Assembly: GCA_043799565.1 (NCBI GenBank)
Contig: JAZDNP010000015.1
Span: forward strand, 12,557-76,556
Source: Candidatus Brennerbacteria bacterium
GTDB taxonomy: Bacteria > Patescibacteriota > Minisyncoccia > UBA6257 > GWB1-50-10
Direction of reading: 5' to 3'
DNA: 64,000 nucleotides
The notes under the pieces: generated by a model
The model's input: the letters and a program-made list of their open reading frames with translations, nothing else
The model's database searches: none
Told to the model about the DNA's origin: nothing
Made by a program: the position numbers and the translations under genes
In this document: piece after piece, positions 9,906 through 19,241 of the stretch
Numbering within the stretch: position 1 is the first letter of the stretch
Layout of the letters: each line of letters opens with the position of its first letter

Positions 9906-10018
9906 GGGTTTCAGAAATGATGGAGCTACACCTCGTTCGAGGCAGGTCGCCCCATGGCGACCGTAGCCGCGCCTTTGGCGGTGCGGCCTCGAACGGGGTA
10001 CAATAGAGGTAATTTACG

Positions 10019-11416
10019 ATGCTAAAGGAATCCTTTGAGCACGTCTTAGAGTTCTTTTCCGAATTCTTCAAAAAAGAGGAGGTGTGGGCACTACTCCTTT
10101 TTGTTGGGTTCGGGGTGTGGATCATCTACGCTTTTTTTGACGCGCTCTGGGAGATCCTTGTGAACTTTTTCCGCTACGCGTGGCCCATCATCCTTTTCTT
10201 CGTGGTACTCCCGCTCCTCTCGTCGCTTTGGCTTTTTATACGCCAGGCGCAGTACAAAGAAGCCATGAAGTGGGTGCTTCTTGAGATTCGCATTCCGCGC
10301 GAGGTGAAGAAGAGTCCGCAGGGGATGGAGCAGGTGCTCGCCGCCATCCATTCTTTGAGGAATGCGGCAGGCGACATTAAGGAAAAATATTGGGAAGGCG
10401 AGGTCACACGGTGGTACACGCTTGAGATGGTGAGTTTCGGCGGCGAAATCCGTTTCTTTATCCGCGTGTATAAGGGTCAGGTGAAACTTGTACAATCGTC
10501 CCTCTTCTCGTATTACCCGGATGTTGAAATTGCGGAAGTGGAGGATTACATGTCGCTCTTTCCCCAGACGGTGGAGGAAATGTATGAGAGCAAGCGCGAC
10601 CTGTGGGGTACCGAAATGATACTCACAAAGCCGGCGGCGTACCCTATCAAGACCTATGAGGACTTTGAAAATCTGGCGGAAGAAAAACAGTTTGACCCCA
10701 TCTCCACCTTCTTGGAAATATTGGGAAACATCAAAAAAGAGGAAACGGTTGCCATTCACATTCTTGTAGCTCCCGCCGGGGCGGGGTGGGGAGAAAAGTA
10801 TGAGGATGTGGTGGAAGATCTTAAAACGCCAAAGACCGTGATTGTTGGAGGGGACGCGGAGACGGAAGGGCGAGAAGTGCCAATCTCACATTCTGAAGTG
10901 CATAAGGACGTGTTAAAGATAGTGGAGGAAAACCTTTCCAAGCCCGCTTTTGATACGATCGTTCGCTTTGTGTATCTCTCACCGAAAGAAGGGTTCTCCG
11001 ATACATTCCCTCGCCGCGGACTCGCAGGCGCGTTCAACCAGTACAGCGCACTGAACTTGAACGGATTCCGCCAGAACCACAAGGTTGGTACCCGTACCCG
11101 CATCTGGAACAAGCCGTATGTGTTTCCGAAAATACGTTTGGAATACCGCAAACAGCGCATGCTCCATTGGATCAGGAAGCGTGAAATTCCGCCCGAGACA
11201 TGGATGGGGAAATTCATGACCTCGTACTTTTTCTGCTGGAATTTTGGCTCAAAGCGGTTTCTCTTGAACACAAAATCTGTTGCCACGCTTTTCCACCCGC
11301 CGACCTCTGTGGTATTGACCGCCCCCCACATCAAGCGCGTAGAGAGCCGCCGCGCGGGGCCTCCTGCGGGACTCGCAATATTCGGAGAGGAAAAAGACAT
11401 AGAGCGATTCGGCTAA
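10019..11416 (+). CDS. Hypothetical polytopic membrane protein, first gene of a membrane-protein plus P-loop-ATPase cluster
   Basis: 465 aa with hydrophobic N-terminal helices. SD AGAGGT lies 8 nt upstream and a TACAAT -10-like hexamer at 9998-10003. Confidence 0.5.
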   Translation: MLKESFEHVLEFFSEFFKKEEVWALLLFVGFGVWIIYAFFDALWEILVNFFRYAWPIILFFVVLPLLSSLWLFIRQAQYKEAMKWVLLEIRIPREVKKSPQGMEQVLAAIHSLRNAAGDIKEKYWEGEVTRWYTLEMVSFGGEIRFFIRVYKGQVKLVQSSLFSYYPDVEIAEVEDYMSLFPQTVEEMYESKRDLWGTEMILTKPAAYPIKTYEDFENLAEEKQFDPISTFLEILGNIKKEETVAIHILVAPAGAGWGEKYEDVVEDLKTPKTVIVGGDAETEGREVPISHSEVHKDVLKIVEENLSKPAFDTIVRFVYLSPKEGFSDTFPRRGLAGAFNQYSALNLNGFRQNHKVGTRTRIWNKPYVFPKIRLEYRKQRMLHWIRKREIPPETWMGKFMTSYFFCWNFGSKRFLLNTKSVATLFHPPTSVVLTAPHIKRVESRRAGPPAGLAIFGEEKDIERFG

Positions 11417-11422
11417 AATTTT

Positions 11423-11959
11423 ATGGACCAAGTTATTCAAACATTTGAACATCTTGCGCTTGGTGTTTTGGACGCACCATGGGCGCGGTTTCTCTACGGG
11501 GTTCGCTGGCTTTTTATATTCTTGGACATCGCGGTCATCGTTGCGTTCGTCATACTTTTTGTGAAAGCGCTGAACTATCGGCCCAAGTTCACTCGCAGCC
11601 ACAAAAAAGCGGGGGGAAAATCTCCCTTCGACACTAAACTTTTTTCCGAACGGTGGGCAAAACTGGAGAAACATGCGCTTTCCGCGCCTCCCCAGTCATG
11701 CGTGCTCGCTATCATCGAAGCGGACAAGCTTGTGGACGATGCGCTTCGACTCATGGGACTTGAAGGCGAGCATATGGCGGATCGTCTCCAAAAACTTCGC
11801 GTGGAGGACTACCCTTCGCTTGATCGGCTTTGGCGCGCGCACCGCGTAAGGAACGAACTGGTACATACCCCCGATTTCGGCATTGACGAAGGCGACGCCA
11901 AAGATGTGCTCAAGGCCTACCAAAAATTTCTGAAGGAGTTGGGAGCGCTCACTGAATAA
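11423..11959 (+). CDS. Hypothetical small membrane protein
   Basis: 178 aa with one N-terminal TM segment, tightly packed between the flanking genes. Confidence 0.45.
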   Translation: MDQVIQTFEHLALGVLDAPWARFLYGVRWLFIFLDIAVIVAFVILFVKALNYRPKFTRSHKKAGGKSPFDTKLFSERWAKLEKHALSAPPQSCVLAIIEADKLVDDALRLMGLEGEHMADRLQKLRVEDYPSLDRLWRAHRVRNELVHTPDFGIDEGDAKDVLKAYQKFLKELGALTE

Positions 11960-11960
11960 C

Positions 11961-13403
11961 ATGTCACGCGCAGGAAAGGTACAAATAATCAAATACGCTC
12001 CGCCGCCGCCCGACCTCCCGATGCTCGGGAAGGTGAAGCCGGAGGACTGCTCGTTCATCGGACGCACGAACTACGTGACCGGCATTGAGGAGAAAAAATT
12101 TGTGTTCGGACTGAAGCGTGTGGATCGCCGGCGGCACCTCTACATCGTGGGGAAGAGCGGTGTGGGGAAATCAAAACTTTTGGAGCTTCTCATCCGGCAG
12201 GATGTTGCGTTCGGTCATGGGCTCTGCCTCATGGACCCACACGGCGATGTCATTGAGGCCATTCTGGAGTTCATTCCAGAGGAGCGCCTGGAGGATGTGT
12301 GTATCATTGACCCTTCGGATTCAAAATACCCCATCTCATTCAACCCGCTCGCGAACGTGGATCCCGAGTTTAAGCATCAACTCACCCAAGGGTTGATTGA
12401 AGTCATGGAAAAGCAGTTCGGCGCGAACTGGACGCCGCGCTTGGAACACGTATTCCGTTTCACATGTTTGGCGCTTCTCGACTATCCCCATGCCACCATG
12501 CGGGGGATGATATCCATGCTCACCGACCGCAATTATCGGCAGAAGGTGGTGGAATACATTGAGGACGACATGGTAAAGCGCTTTTGGGCCATTGAATTCG
12601 CTGACTGGTCGGAAAAGTTCGATACGGACGCCATCATTCCTTTAGTAAACAAGCTGGGGCAGTTCCTCTCGAACCCACTCCTCCGGAACGTCTTCGGGCA
12701 GAAGGAGAACAAGGTGGATCTCGAGAAGCTCATGCAGGCGAAGAAGATTATCCTCATCAACCTTTCCAAAGGGAAGCTCGGCGAGGAAAACTCCAGCTTC
12801 TTCGGTTCCATGTTTATCACAAAGATTAAACAGGCGGGCATGGCGCGCGCGGCGATGTCGGAATCCAAGCGGCACGATTTCTACCTCTACGTGGACGAGT
12901 TCCACAATGTGGTCACGGAGACCTTCGAAAACCTCCTTTCCGAAGCGCGCAAGTACGGGCTCTGTCTCACGGTGGCGCACCAATATATGAAGCAGCTTTC
13001 GCAAGAGGTGCAGGGGGCGGTTTTGGGGAACACGGGGTCCATGGTCGTTTTTCGTGTGGGTGGCGAGGATGCGGCGGCCTTGGAATCCGAAATGACCCCA
13101 ATCTTCAAAGCGAAGGATATGATCAATCTCGGGATGCAGGAATTCTACGTGAAGATGACAATAGATGGAGAAACCTACGACCCTTTCTCGGCGGAGACTC
13201 TGAAGGTGCTCCCGTCGCCGCACGGTTCGTTCAAAGAGCGTATCATAGAAGCGTCGCGGCAGAAATACTCCATTTCGGCGGATGCCGCAAAAAAGCTCAT
13301 TGTGGAGGAAGAAGCGGGCATCTTCCGGAGCGCGCAGGAAAAGGCAGCTATTACCGGCGAAAAAGGAGGGGTCGCAACCGACAACCCTGAGCCTTTGATA
13401 TAG
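11961..13403 (+). CDS. FtsK/HerA/TraD-superfamily P-loop ATPase (VirD4/TraD-type coupling-protein-like, soluble domain only)
   Basis: Walker A YIVGKSGVGKSK, Walker B DFYLYVDEFHNV, and overall resemblance to the type IV secretion DNA-binding (TrwB/TraD) ATPase domain. It has no TM segment of its own. Confidence 0.65.
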   Translation: MSRAGKVQIIKYAPPPPDLPMLGKVKPEDCSFIGRTNYVTGIEEKKFVFGLKRVDRRRHLYIVGKSGVGKSKLLELLIRQDVAFGHGLCLMDPHGDVIEAILEFIPEERLEDVCIIDPSDSKYPISFNPLANVDPEFKHQLTQGLIEVMEKQFGANWTPRLEHVFRFTCLALLDYPHATMRGMISMLTDRNYRQKVVEYIEDDMVKRFWAIEFADWSEKFDTDAIIPLVNKLGQFLSNPLLRNVFGQKENKVDLEKLMQAKKIILINLSKGKLGEENSSFFGSMFITKIKQAGMARAAMSESKRHDFYLYVDEFHNVVTETFENLLSEARKYGLCLTVAHQYMKQLSQEVQGAVLGNTGSMVVFRVGGEDAAALESEMTPIFKAKDMINLGMQEFYVKMTIDGETYDPFSAETLKVLPSPHGSFKERIIEASRQKYSISADAAKKLIVEEEAGIFRSAQEKAAITGEKGGVATDNPEPLI

Positions 13404-13437
13404 TTATCAATGAAAGGTCGATAGAGGTACGCACATT

Positions 13438-13743
13438 ATGGTATTCATCTATACAACCTGTCGTGATGCGGAAGAGGGGAAGAAGTTGAGCGAGCTCGTG
13501 GTATCGGGCCATCTCGCGGCGTGCGTGAACATGTGGCCGATAGAATCTTGTTATGAATGGGAAGGCAAAATGAAATGTGAAAAGGAGTACGCGATGCTCA
13601 TAAAGACCAATGAGGCGAAGGTGCCGGACATTGAAGAATTGGTCATGAAGAACCACTCGTATTCCATCCCATTTATCGGTATGGTGGATGTGCGGAGATT
13701 GAACCGAGAATACAAAGAATGGATGTCCCAAGTAGTCCGCTAG
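13438..13743 (+). CDS. cutA: Divalent-cation tolerance protein CutA
   Basis: 101 aa with the HLAACVN motif and the YEWEG / KT pattern typical of CutA1. Confidence 0.65.
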   Translation: MVFIYTTCRDAEEGKKLSELVVSGHLAACVNMWPIESCYEWEGKMKCEKEYAMLIKTNEAKVPDIEELVMKNHSYSIPFIGMVDVRRLNREYKEWMSQVVR

Positions 13744-13964
13744 TTGCTACACTCATTACCGTGTCCAACGCGACGTTTGCCATGCCGTGGTGGCTTCTTG
13801 CCATCATTGCGGTATTTTTTGTCTGCCTCATTGCGAAGATCATCTCGCTCCTTGATGAGCGGCGCAGATTGAAGTCCGAAATAGCGCTCCTGGAGGGAGA
13901 GGAAGAAAAAGGGGGCGGCTCCGTTCCCGATACCGAAATGGGCGGTTCTGAGGACGGGAGCTAG
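13719..13964 (+). CDS. Hypothetical small membrane protein (the true start may be the internal Met at 13782)
   Basis: 81-aa ORF with one hydrophobic helix (WWLLAIIAVFFVCLIAKII) and an acidic tail. It overlaps the cutA 3' end, so it is weakly supported. Confidence 0.3.
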   Translation: MDVPSSPLVATLITVSNATFAMPWWLLAIIAVFFVCLIAKIISLLDERRRLKSEIALLEGEEEKGGGSVPDTEMGGSEDGS

Positions 13965-14056
13965 ACATTATTCGCGATCTTCCGCGGCTTTGCCCGCGGT
14001 GTTTCGCGTACACTCCAGTACCCTCGCATAGGCGGGGATTTTTATCCCGATTTTTA

Positions 14057-14143
14057 CATATCGCAACGGTAAAATGTTGCATTTCTGCTATCGCGGAAAT
14101 GTAACATTTTTAGCGCGGTTGTTTTAGAAAATTACGTTATAAT
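14057..14143 (+). promoter_or_regulatory. Candidate regulatory region of the paralog array: two direct copies of TATCGC-N-AAATGTnnCATTT separated by 25 bp, plus a perfect TATAAT ending 6 nt before the ATG
   Basis: Each copy contains the palindrome AAATG-N3-CATTT, at 14072-14084 and 14097-14109. Their centres are about -72 and -47 relative to a transcription start predicted at the ATG A (14150). There is no -35 hexamer and no SD. Confidence 0.35.
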
Positions 14144-14149
14144 CATCAA

Positions 14150-15814
14150 ATGACTCCCGAAACCAGAGCGTGCCGGAATTGCCAGAACGCCTTCACTATT
14201 GAACCGGACGATTTCACGTTCTATGAGAAAATGGGTGTCCTACCTCCTGTAAGCTGTCCCGATTGCCGCTTCAAAATAAGAGCGCAGTTCAGGAATGAAA
14301 CGACGCTCTATTCGAGGAAGTGCAACTTGTGTGGACGCTCGATCATTTCGATGTATAATCCCCAGTCGCCTTACACGGTCTACTGCGAGGCGTGTTACGT
14401 GTCCGACAAGTGGGACCCTTTTTCCTACGGAATTAATTATGATTTCAACCGGCCGTTTTTCGAGCAGTTCGGAGAGTTGCTAAAGAAAGTTCCAAAAATG
14501 ACCACGTTTTCAGACCGTTCCAGGCCTAGTACCAACAGCGAATATATAAATTATTCCGGCGGTAATAAGGATTGCTACCTCATATTTAATGGTGGGTCGG
14601 CGGAGAATTCTATGTATTGCCGGGGTCTAAGGTTTTGCAAGGATGTCGTGGACATGTATTTCACACAGAAAACGGAGAGGTGTTATGAGGGAATAAATAT
14701 TATGCAGTCCACTGGGGTCCAGTTCGGTAAAAATATTTCAGGCAGCATAGACTCAATGTTTGTATCGGATGGAAGCGATCTCCAGAATTGCCTTGGCTGC
14801 GTGAATCTTCGGCACAAAAGCAATTACTTTTTCAACAAGCCCGTTTCGAAGGAGGAATTGGAAAAGAAGTTGGGGGAAATAAAGGGTAGTTATTCGAAAA
14901 CAACGAATTTTCAGAAGAAATTTGATGATTTTTCGCTTCAATTTCCAAAGAAAGAAAACAACAATATTAAAGCGGTAGATTGCGTCGGGGATTACATCTT
15001 TAGTTCAAAAAATGCCCGTACCTGTTTTGAGGTAACCGACTGCGAGAATTGCAAGTTTGGTTATTTTATCAAGGGTTCGAAGGATTCCTACGATCTAACC
15101 GGTTTTGGCTATGGCGCCGAGCTACTTCTCGAATGCGTTGGGGTCGGCGTTTCGCAGCGGGTCATCGGCACCTATTGGGCCGAGGAGTCCCATGACATCG
15201 ATTATTGTTATTGTGTCATGTCAAGTGAAAATTGTTTTGGTTGTGATGGTTTAAAGCATGCCCAATTTTCGGTCCTGAACAAGAAGTATTCGAAAGAGGA
15301 ATTCGAAAAGGTACGGCAACACATAATCGAGGAAATGAAAGAAAAAGGTACCTACGGACATTTCATTCCGGTTCAACTGGCGCCGTTCGCTTACAACGAG
15401 ACCATTGCGCAAGACAATCTTCCCCTAACAAAGGAGGAGGCGATTCGACAGGGTTTCCGCTGGGAGGAAAATCCCCAGATGACGAAAGGAAAAGAGACAT
15501 TGAAGCCTGGCGACATCCCAGATCATATTCGAGACATTCCCGATTCTATAACCGAGGAAATCCTCGCCTGCATCTCGTGCGGTCGGAACTATAAGATCAC
15601 TGCCCAAGAATTGGGATTGTATAGACGCGAGACCACCCCCATTCCTCGAAAGTGTTTCTATTGTCGCCACAAGGAAAGGATCGAGAAAAGAGGACCCTTC
15701 GCGCTCTATGCGAGAAAATGTGTGCATTGCGGCAAGGCAATCCAAACCACCTACGGCTCAGAAAGGCCAGAAATTGTTTATTGCGAGCAATGTTACCAAG
15801 CGGAGGTCATATGA
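14150..15814 (+). CDS. Cys-rich multi-zinc-ribbon protein, copy 1 of 10 of a lineage-specific tandem paralog family (function unknown)
   Basis: 554 aa. N-terminal CRNC...CPDC and CNLC...CEAC zinc ribbons, central CLGCVNLRHK and CFGCDGLKHA modules, C-terminal CISC...CFYC...CVHC...YCEQCYQAEVI. Its stop overlaps the next ATG as ATGA. Confidence 0.8.
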   Translation: MTPETRACRNCQNAFTIEPDDFTFYEKMGVLPPVSCPDCRFKIRAQFRNETTLYSRKCNLCGRSIISMYNPQSPYTVYCEACYVSDKWDPFSYGINYDFNRPFFEQFGELLKKVPKMTTFSDRSRPSTNSEYINYSGGNKDCYLIFNGGSAENSMYCRGLRFCKDVVDMYFTQKTERCYEGINIMQSTGVQFGKNISGSIDSMFVSDGSDLQNCLGCVNLRHKSNYFFNKPVSKEELEKKLGEIKGSYSKTTNFQKKFDDFSLQFPKKENNNIKAVDCVGDYIFSSKNARTCFEVTDCENCKFGYFIKGSKDSYDLTGFGYGAELLLECVGVGVSQRVIGTYWAEESHDIDYCYCVMSSENCFGCDGLKHAQFSVLNKKYSKEEFEKVRQHIIEEMKEKGTYGHFIPVQLAPFAYNETIAQDNLPLTKEEAIRQGFRWEENPQMTKGKETLKPGDIPDHIRDIPDSITEEILACISCGRNYKITAQELGLYRRETTPIPRKCFYCRHKERIEKRGPFALYARKCVHCGKAIQTTYGSERPEIVYCEQCYQAEVI

Positions 15815-17538
15815 ACGCGGAAACGAGAAATTGCGCGAATTGCAAGAACTCTTTCACGATAGAGCCGGACGATTTTGTGTTCTATGAACGGATAAGCGTG
15901 CCGCCACCCACGTGGTGCCCAGGGTGTCGGCAGCAACGCCGCTATTCGTGGCGTAATGAACGTGTGCTGTATCGTAGGAACTGTGACTTGTGTGGAAAAA
16001 GCACGGTAACAATCTACTCGCCGAGCAAGCCCTACAAGGTATTTTGCCCGCCATGTTGGTGGTCCGATAAATGGGACGCCCTTGAGTATGGGAGGGAATT
16101 TGATTTTTCTCGCCCGTTTTTCGAGCAGTTTCAAGAGGCGCAGCTCCAAGTGCCCCGCATCGCGCTTCTTACGAAGAATAGTGTCAATTCCGAATACACC
16201 AACCACTCCGGCGATAACAAGAACTGTTACCTGAGCTTCAGCACTTTTGGAGGTGAGAACATTATGTATGGTACGAACGTGTGGGCGCCGTCCAAGGATT
16301 CCATGGACCTTTATCTTGTTCGGACAGAAGGAGGTGCGGAGCGTTGCTATGAATGCATCGATTCGTCCAAAATCTACAGTTTGCAGTTCACCAAGCTGGT
16401 CAAAGACTCAAATGACTGTGCATATTGCTTCGATTGTCGCGGGTGCTCCCACTGTTTCCTCTCCTCAAATCTAAGAAACAAGCAGTACTATTTTGAGAAT
16501 CATCCGCTCTCAAAGGAAGAGTACCAAAAGAAAATGGAGGCAATGAATCTTGGTTCGCGAAAAATTCGCGAAAAACTGTATGAAAAATGGCTTGACCTTA
16601 TCAAGAAACGCTCACTTCACAAATTCGCGATCGTAGAAAAATCCACCGGCGTGACAGGGAATATGGTTTTCAATTCCAAGAATTCAGCCGCGATTTTCGA
16701 TGGCGATAAGACGGAAGATTCCAAATATTCCATTATCTGTCCCGATGTGAAGAATAGTATGGATGTATACCACGTTGGTTTTAGCTGCGAGCTAAATTAC
16801 GAAGCTCATGCCTTGGTTCGTGTCTACGACGTGTTCTTTTCCCACTTGAGTTATGACAACTCCCATTTGCAATATTGCGATTCGTGTCACAACAGCGAAA
16901 ACCTTTTCGGATGCGTGGGTTTGCGATCAAAAAAATATTGCATTTTCAACAAACAATATTCGGAAGAAGAATATAAAACGCTTCGCGCGAAAATCATTGA
17001 GCATATGAAGAAGGGCGGGGAGTACGGCGAATTCTTCCCACCCAAACTTTCTCCTTTCGGATATAACGAAACCCAAGGGATTATTTATATGCCCCTCACC
17101 AAAGAAGAAGCGGTGAAGCGTGGATATAAATGGGAAGATGTGGTAACCGGCACATTCAATAAAGAAACCATTTCTCAAAACGAAGTTCCGGACGATATTA
17201 AGGATGTTGAGAATTCAATTCTTAAGGAGGTTCTGAAGTGTGATGAATGTGAAAAAAACTACAACATTGTGGAGCCGGAGCTGGAATTCTATCGCCGAGA
17301 AGGCATTCCTATCCCGCGTTTTTGCCCGAATTGCCGCTATCAGAAACGGCTTAGCCTCCGCCCCCCACGCAGACTTTGGCACCGGCAATGCATGTGCGAC
17401 TATCGAGCGTGGGAGAATAGCGTAAAACACCCGCATCACACCGAAGGGAGATGTTCTAACGAGTTCAAAACTTCCTATGCCCCCGAAAGGCCCGAAGTGG
17501 TGTATTGCGAGCAGTGCTATAACGCAGAAGTCGTATGA
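15811..17538 (+). CDS. Cys-rich multi-zinc-ribbon protein, copy 2 of 10
   Basis: Begins MNAETRNCANCKNSF at the ATGA overlap; the ORF-track extension back to 15652 lies inside copy 1. It ends ...VYCEQCYNAEVV. Confidence 0.8.
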   Translation: MNAETRNCANCKNSFTIEPDDFVFYERISVPPPTWCPGCRQQRRYSWRNERVLYRRNCDLCGKSTVTIYSPSKPYKVFCPPCWWSDKWDALEYGREFDFSRPFFEQFQEAQLQVPRIALLTKNSVNSEYTNHSGDNKNCYLSFSTFGGENIMYGTNVWAPSKDSMDLYLVRTEGGAERCYECIDSSKIYSLQFTKLVKDSNDCAYCFDCRGCSHCFLSSNLRNKQYYFENHPLSKEEYQKKMEAMNLGSRKIREKLYEKWLDLIKKRSLHKFAIVEKSTGVTGNMVFNSKNSAAIFDGDKTEDSKYSIICPDVKNSMDVYHVGFSCELNYEAHALVRVYDVFFSHLSYDNSHLQYCDSCHNSENLFGCVGLRSKKYCIFNKQYSEEEYKTLRAKIIEHMKKGGEYGEFFPPKLSPFGYNETQGIIYMPLTKEEAVKRGYKWEDVVTGTFNKETISQNEVPDDIKDVENSILKEVLKCDECEKNYNIVEPELEFYRREGIPIPRFCPNCRYQKRLSLRPPRRLWHRQCMCDYRAWENSVKHPHHTEGRCSNEFKTSYAPERPEVVYCEQCYNAEVV

Positions 17539-19241
17539 AACAAGAGACGCGAGATTGTCAGAACTGTAAGCAACCGTTCGTCATCGAAGCGGAGGATTTC
17601 TCGTTCTACGAAAAAATGACGGTGCCGGCGCCCACATGGTGCCCCAAGTGCCGGCTCCAGCGGCGCCTCGCATTTTTCAATCTCTTCAATTTGTGGAAGC
17701 GGAAGTGCGACCTTTGCGGAAATGAGATGATTGCCATGTATCCACCGGAGGCATCTTACAAAGTGTACTGTCCCCATTGCTGGTGGGGAGACGGATGGGA
17801 CCCCTACAACTACGGTCGCGAGTACGATTTCTCGCGGCCATTCTTCGCGCAGTTCAGTGAGCTCTGGCACGAAGTTCCCCTCCTTGGGCTCTCGCTCAGC
17901 TTGAATTCCATTGATACGTCGCCCTACAACAACCACGCGGGAGGATTGAAAAATTGTTACCTCCTTTTCCACGCAGATTTTTGCGAGGATTCGGCATACG
18001 GAGCGTACCTCAACCGGTGCAAGTCCGTTTTTGATTCTTCGCTTACCATTTCTTCCGAGCACTGCTACGATATGCTCCATTCTTACCGGAACAACCGATG
18101 TGTCGGTGGGCGGAGCCAAGTCACCGAATCTATTGACTGCGCGTTCTTGAAGGACTCGATGAATTGCCAGCACTGCTTTGCGTCCGCGAACATGCGGAAC
18201 AAGAAATACTACATATTCAATCAGCCATATTCTAAAGAAGGGTACGAGGAGGAAATGAAGAAGTGGGACCTTGGGAGCTATCGCACATACCAGGAAGCGA
18301 AGCGGCGCGCCGAAGAGCATTTGGTAACATTGCCTCCGAAGCCGACAATGGATGAGTTCACAACGAACTGCACGGGGAGCCATGTGTTCCAAGCAAAAAA
18401 CTGCAAGGATTGTTTCGAAGTGGTGGGTGCCGAGGACTGTCGCTACGTCCATATGGTGCAGGACCCCCCAGTCAAGGACTGCTACGACGTTACAAGCTGG
18501 GGCAACAACACGCAGCGTTGCTATGAAGGCTGTGTGGTGGGGGAGTTCGTAAGCGACCTGAAATTTTGCCAGGAAAGCGGCATTAATCTCTACTTTGCGG
18601 AGTACTGCAAGCTTTCGACGGGAGGCTCGCGTCACTTCGGGTGTGTGTCGGTGAAGAAAGGCGAATACGCCATTTTGAACAAGCATTACTCCAAAGAAGA
18701 ATACAGGGCACTCACCGAGAAGATACGGAAGCATATGGATGAGATGCCGTATGTGGATAAAAGAGGAGGAGTCTATAAATACGGTGAATTTTTCCCGGTG
18801 GAGTTGTCACCGTTCGCATACAACAAAACGATTGCAGATATATTCTTCCCGCTCTCAAAACGGGAGGCAGAGGAGCGGGGATATGTATATATGGAGCCGG
18901 AGGTGCGGACCTACACCGTAACGAAACAAGCGAAGAACCTTCCGGATCATATCAAAGATGCGCCGAACGATATCGTAAAAGAGACCATCGCGTGCGAGAA
19001 ATGCGGGAAAGGATACAAGGTGACCGAGATGGAGCTTGCGTTCCTGCGGAACATGAACCTGCCGCTCCCGCGCCGGTGCCCCTTCTGCCGCATCCAGGAA
19101 AAATTCGCGCAGTGGGTGAAGAATCTCCGCGTCATTGACCGGACGTGCGGCAAATGCGGCGTTACATTCCAAACGAATTATCCCAAGGAGGAGGCGCCGC
19201 ACATTCTCTGCAAACGGTGTTATCTTAAAGAAATCGTATGA
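17535..19241 (+). CDS. Cys-rich multi-zinc-ribbon protein, copy 3 of 10
   Basis: 568 aa, MKQETRDCQNCKQPF...; ATGA overlaps at both ends; C-terminal zinc-ribbon variant CEKCGKGYKV...CPFCRIQEK...CGKCG. Confidence 0.8.
   Translation: MKQETRDCQNCKQPFVIEAEDFSFYEKMTVPAPTWCPKCRLQRRLAFFNLFNLWKRKCDLCGNEMIAMYPPEASYKVYCPHCWWGDGWDPYNYGREYDFSRPFFAQFSELWHEVPLLGLSLSLNSIDTSPYNNHAGGLKNCYLLFHADFCEDSAYGAYLNRCKSVFDSSLTISSEHCYDMLHSYRNNRCVGGRSQVTESIDCAFLKDSMNCQHCFASANMRNKKYYIFNQPYSKEGYEEEMKKWDLGSYRTYQEAKRRAEEHLVTLPPKPTMDEFTTNCTGSHVFQAKNCKDCFEVVGAEDCRYVHMVQDPPVKDCYDVTSWGNNTQRCYEGCVVGEFVSDLKFCQESGINLYFAEYCKLSTGGSRHFGCVSVKKGEYAILNKHYSKEEYRALTEKIRKHMDEMPYVDKRGGVYKYGEFFPVELSPFAYNKTIADIFFPLSKREAEERGYVYMEPEVRTYTVTKQAKNLPDHIKDAPNDIVKETIACEKCGKGYKVTEMELAFLRNMNLPLPRRCPFCRIQEKFAQWVKNLRVIDRTCGKCGVTFQTNYPKEEAPHILCKRCYLKEIV

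Noticed and set aside
17517-18734. Long antisense ORFs across the paralog array (e.g. 17517-18734 at 405 aa, 22608-23198, 23889-24377, 27310-27966, and 41701-42471 opposite copy 10)
   Set aside because: They lie entirely inside and opposite to strongly supported, mutually homologous coding genes. They are Arg/His/Leu-rich with low complexity, which is typical of stop-codon-poor antisense frames in GC-rich DNA. They have no start context, and the sense-strand copies are not conserved at the antisense amino-acid level.
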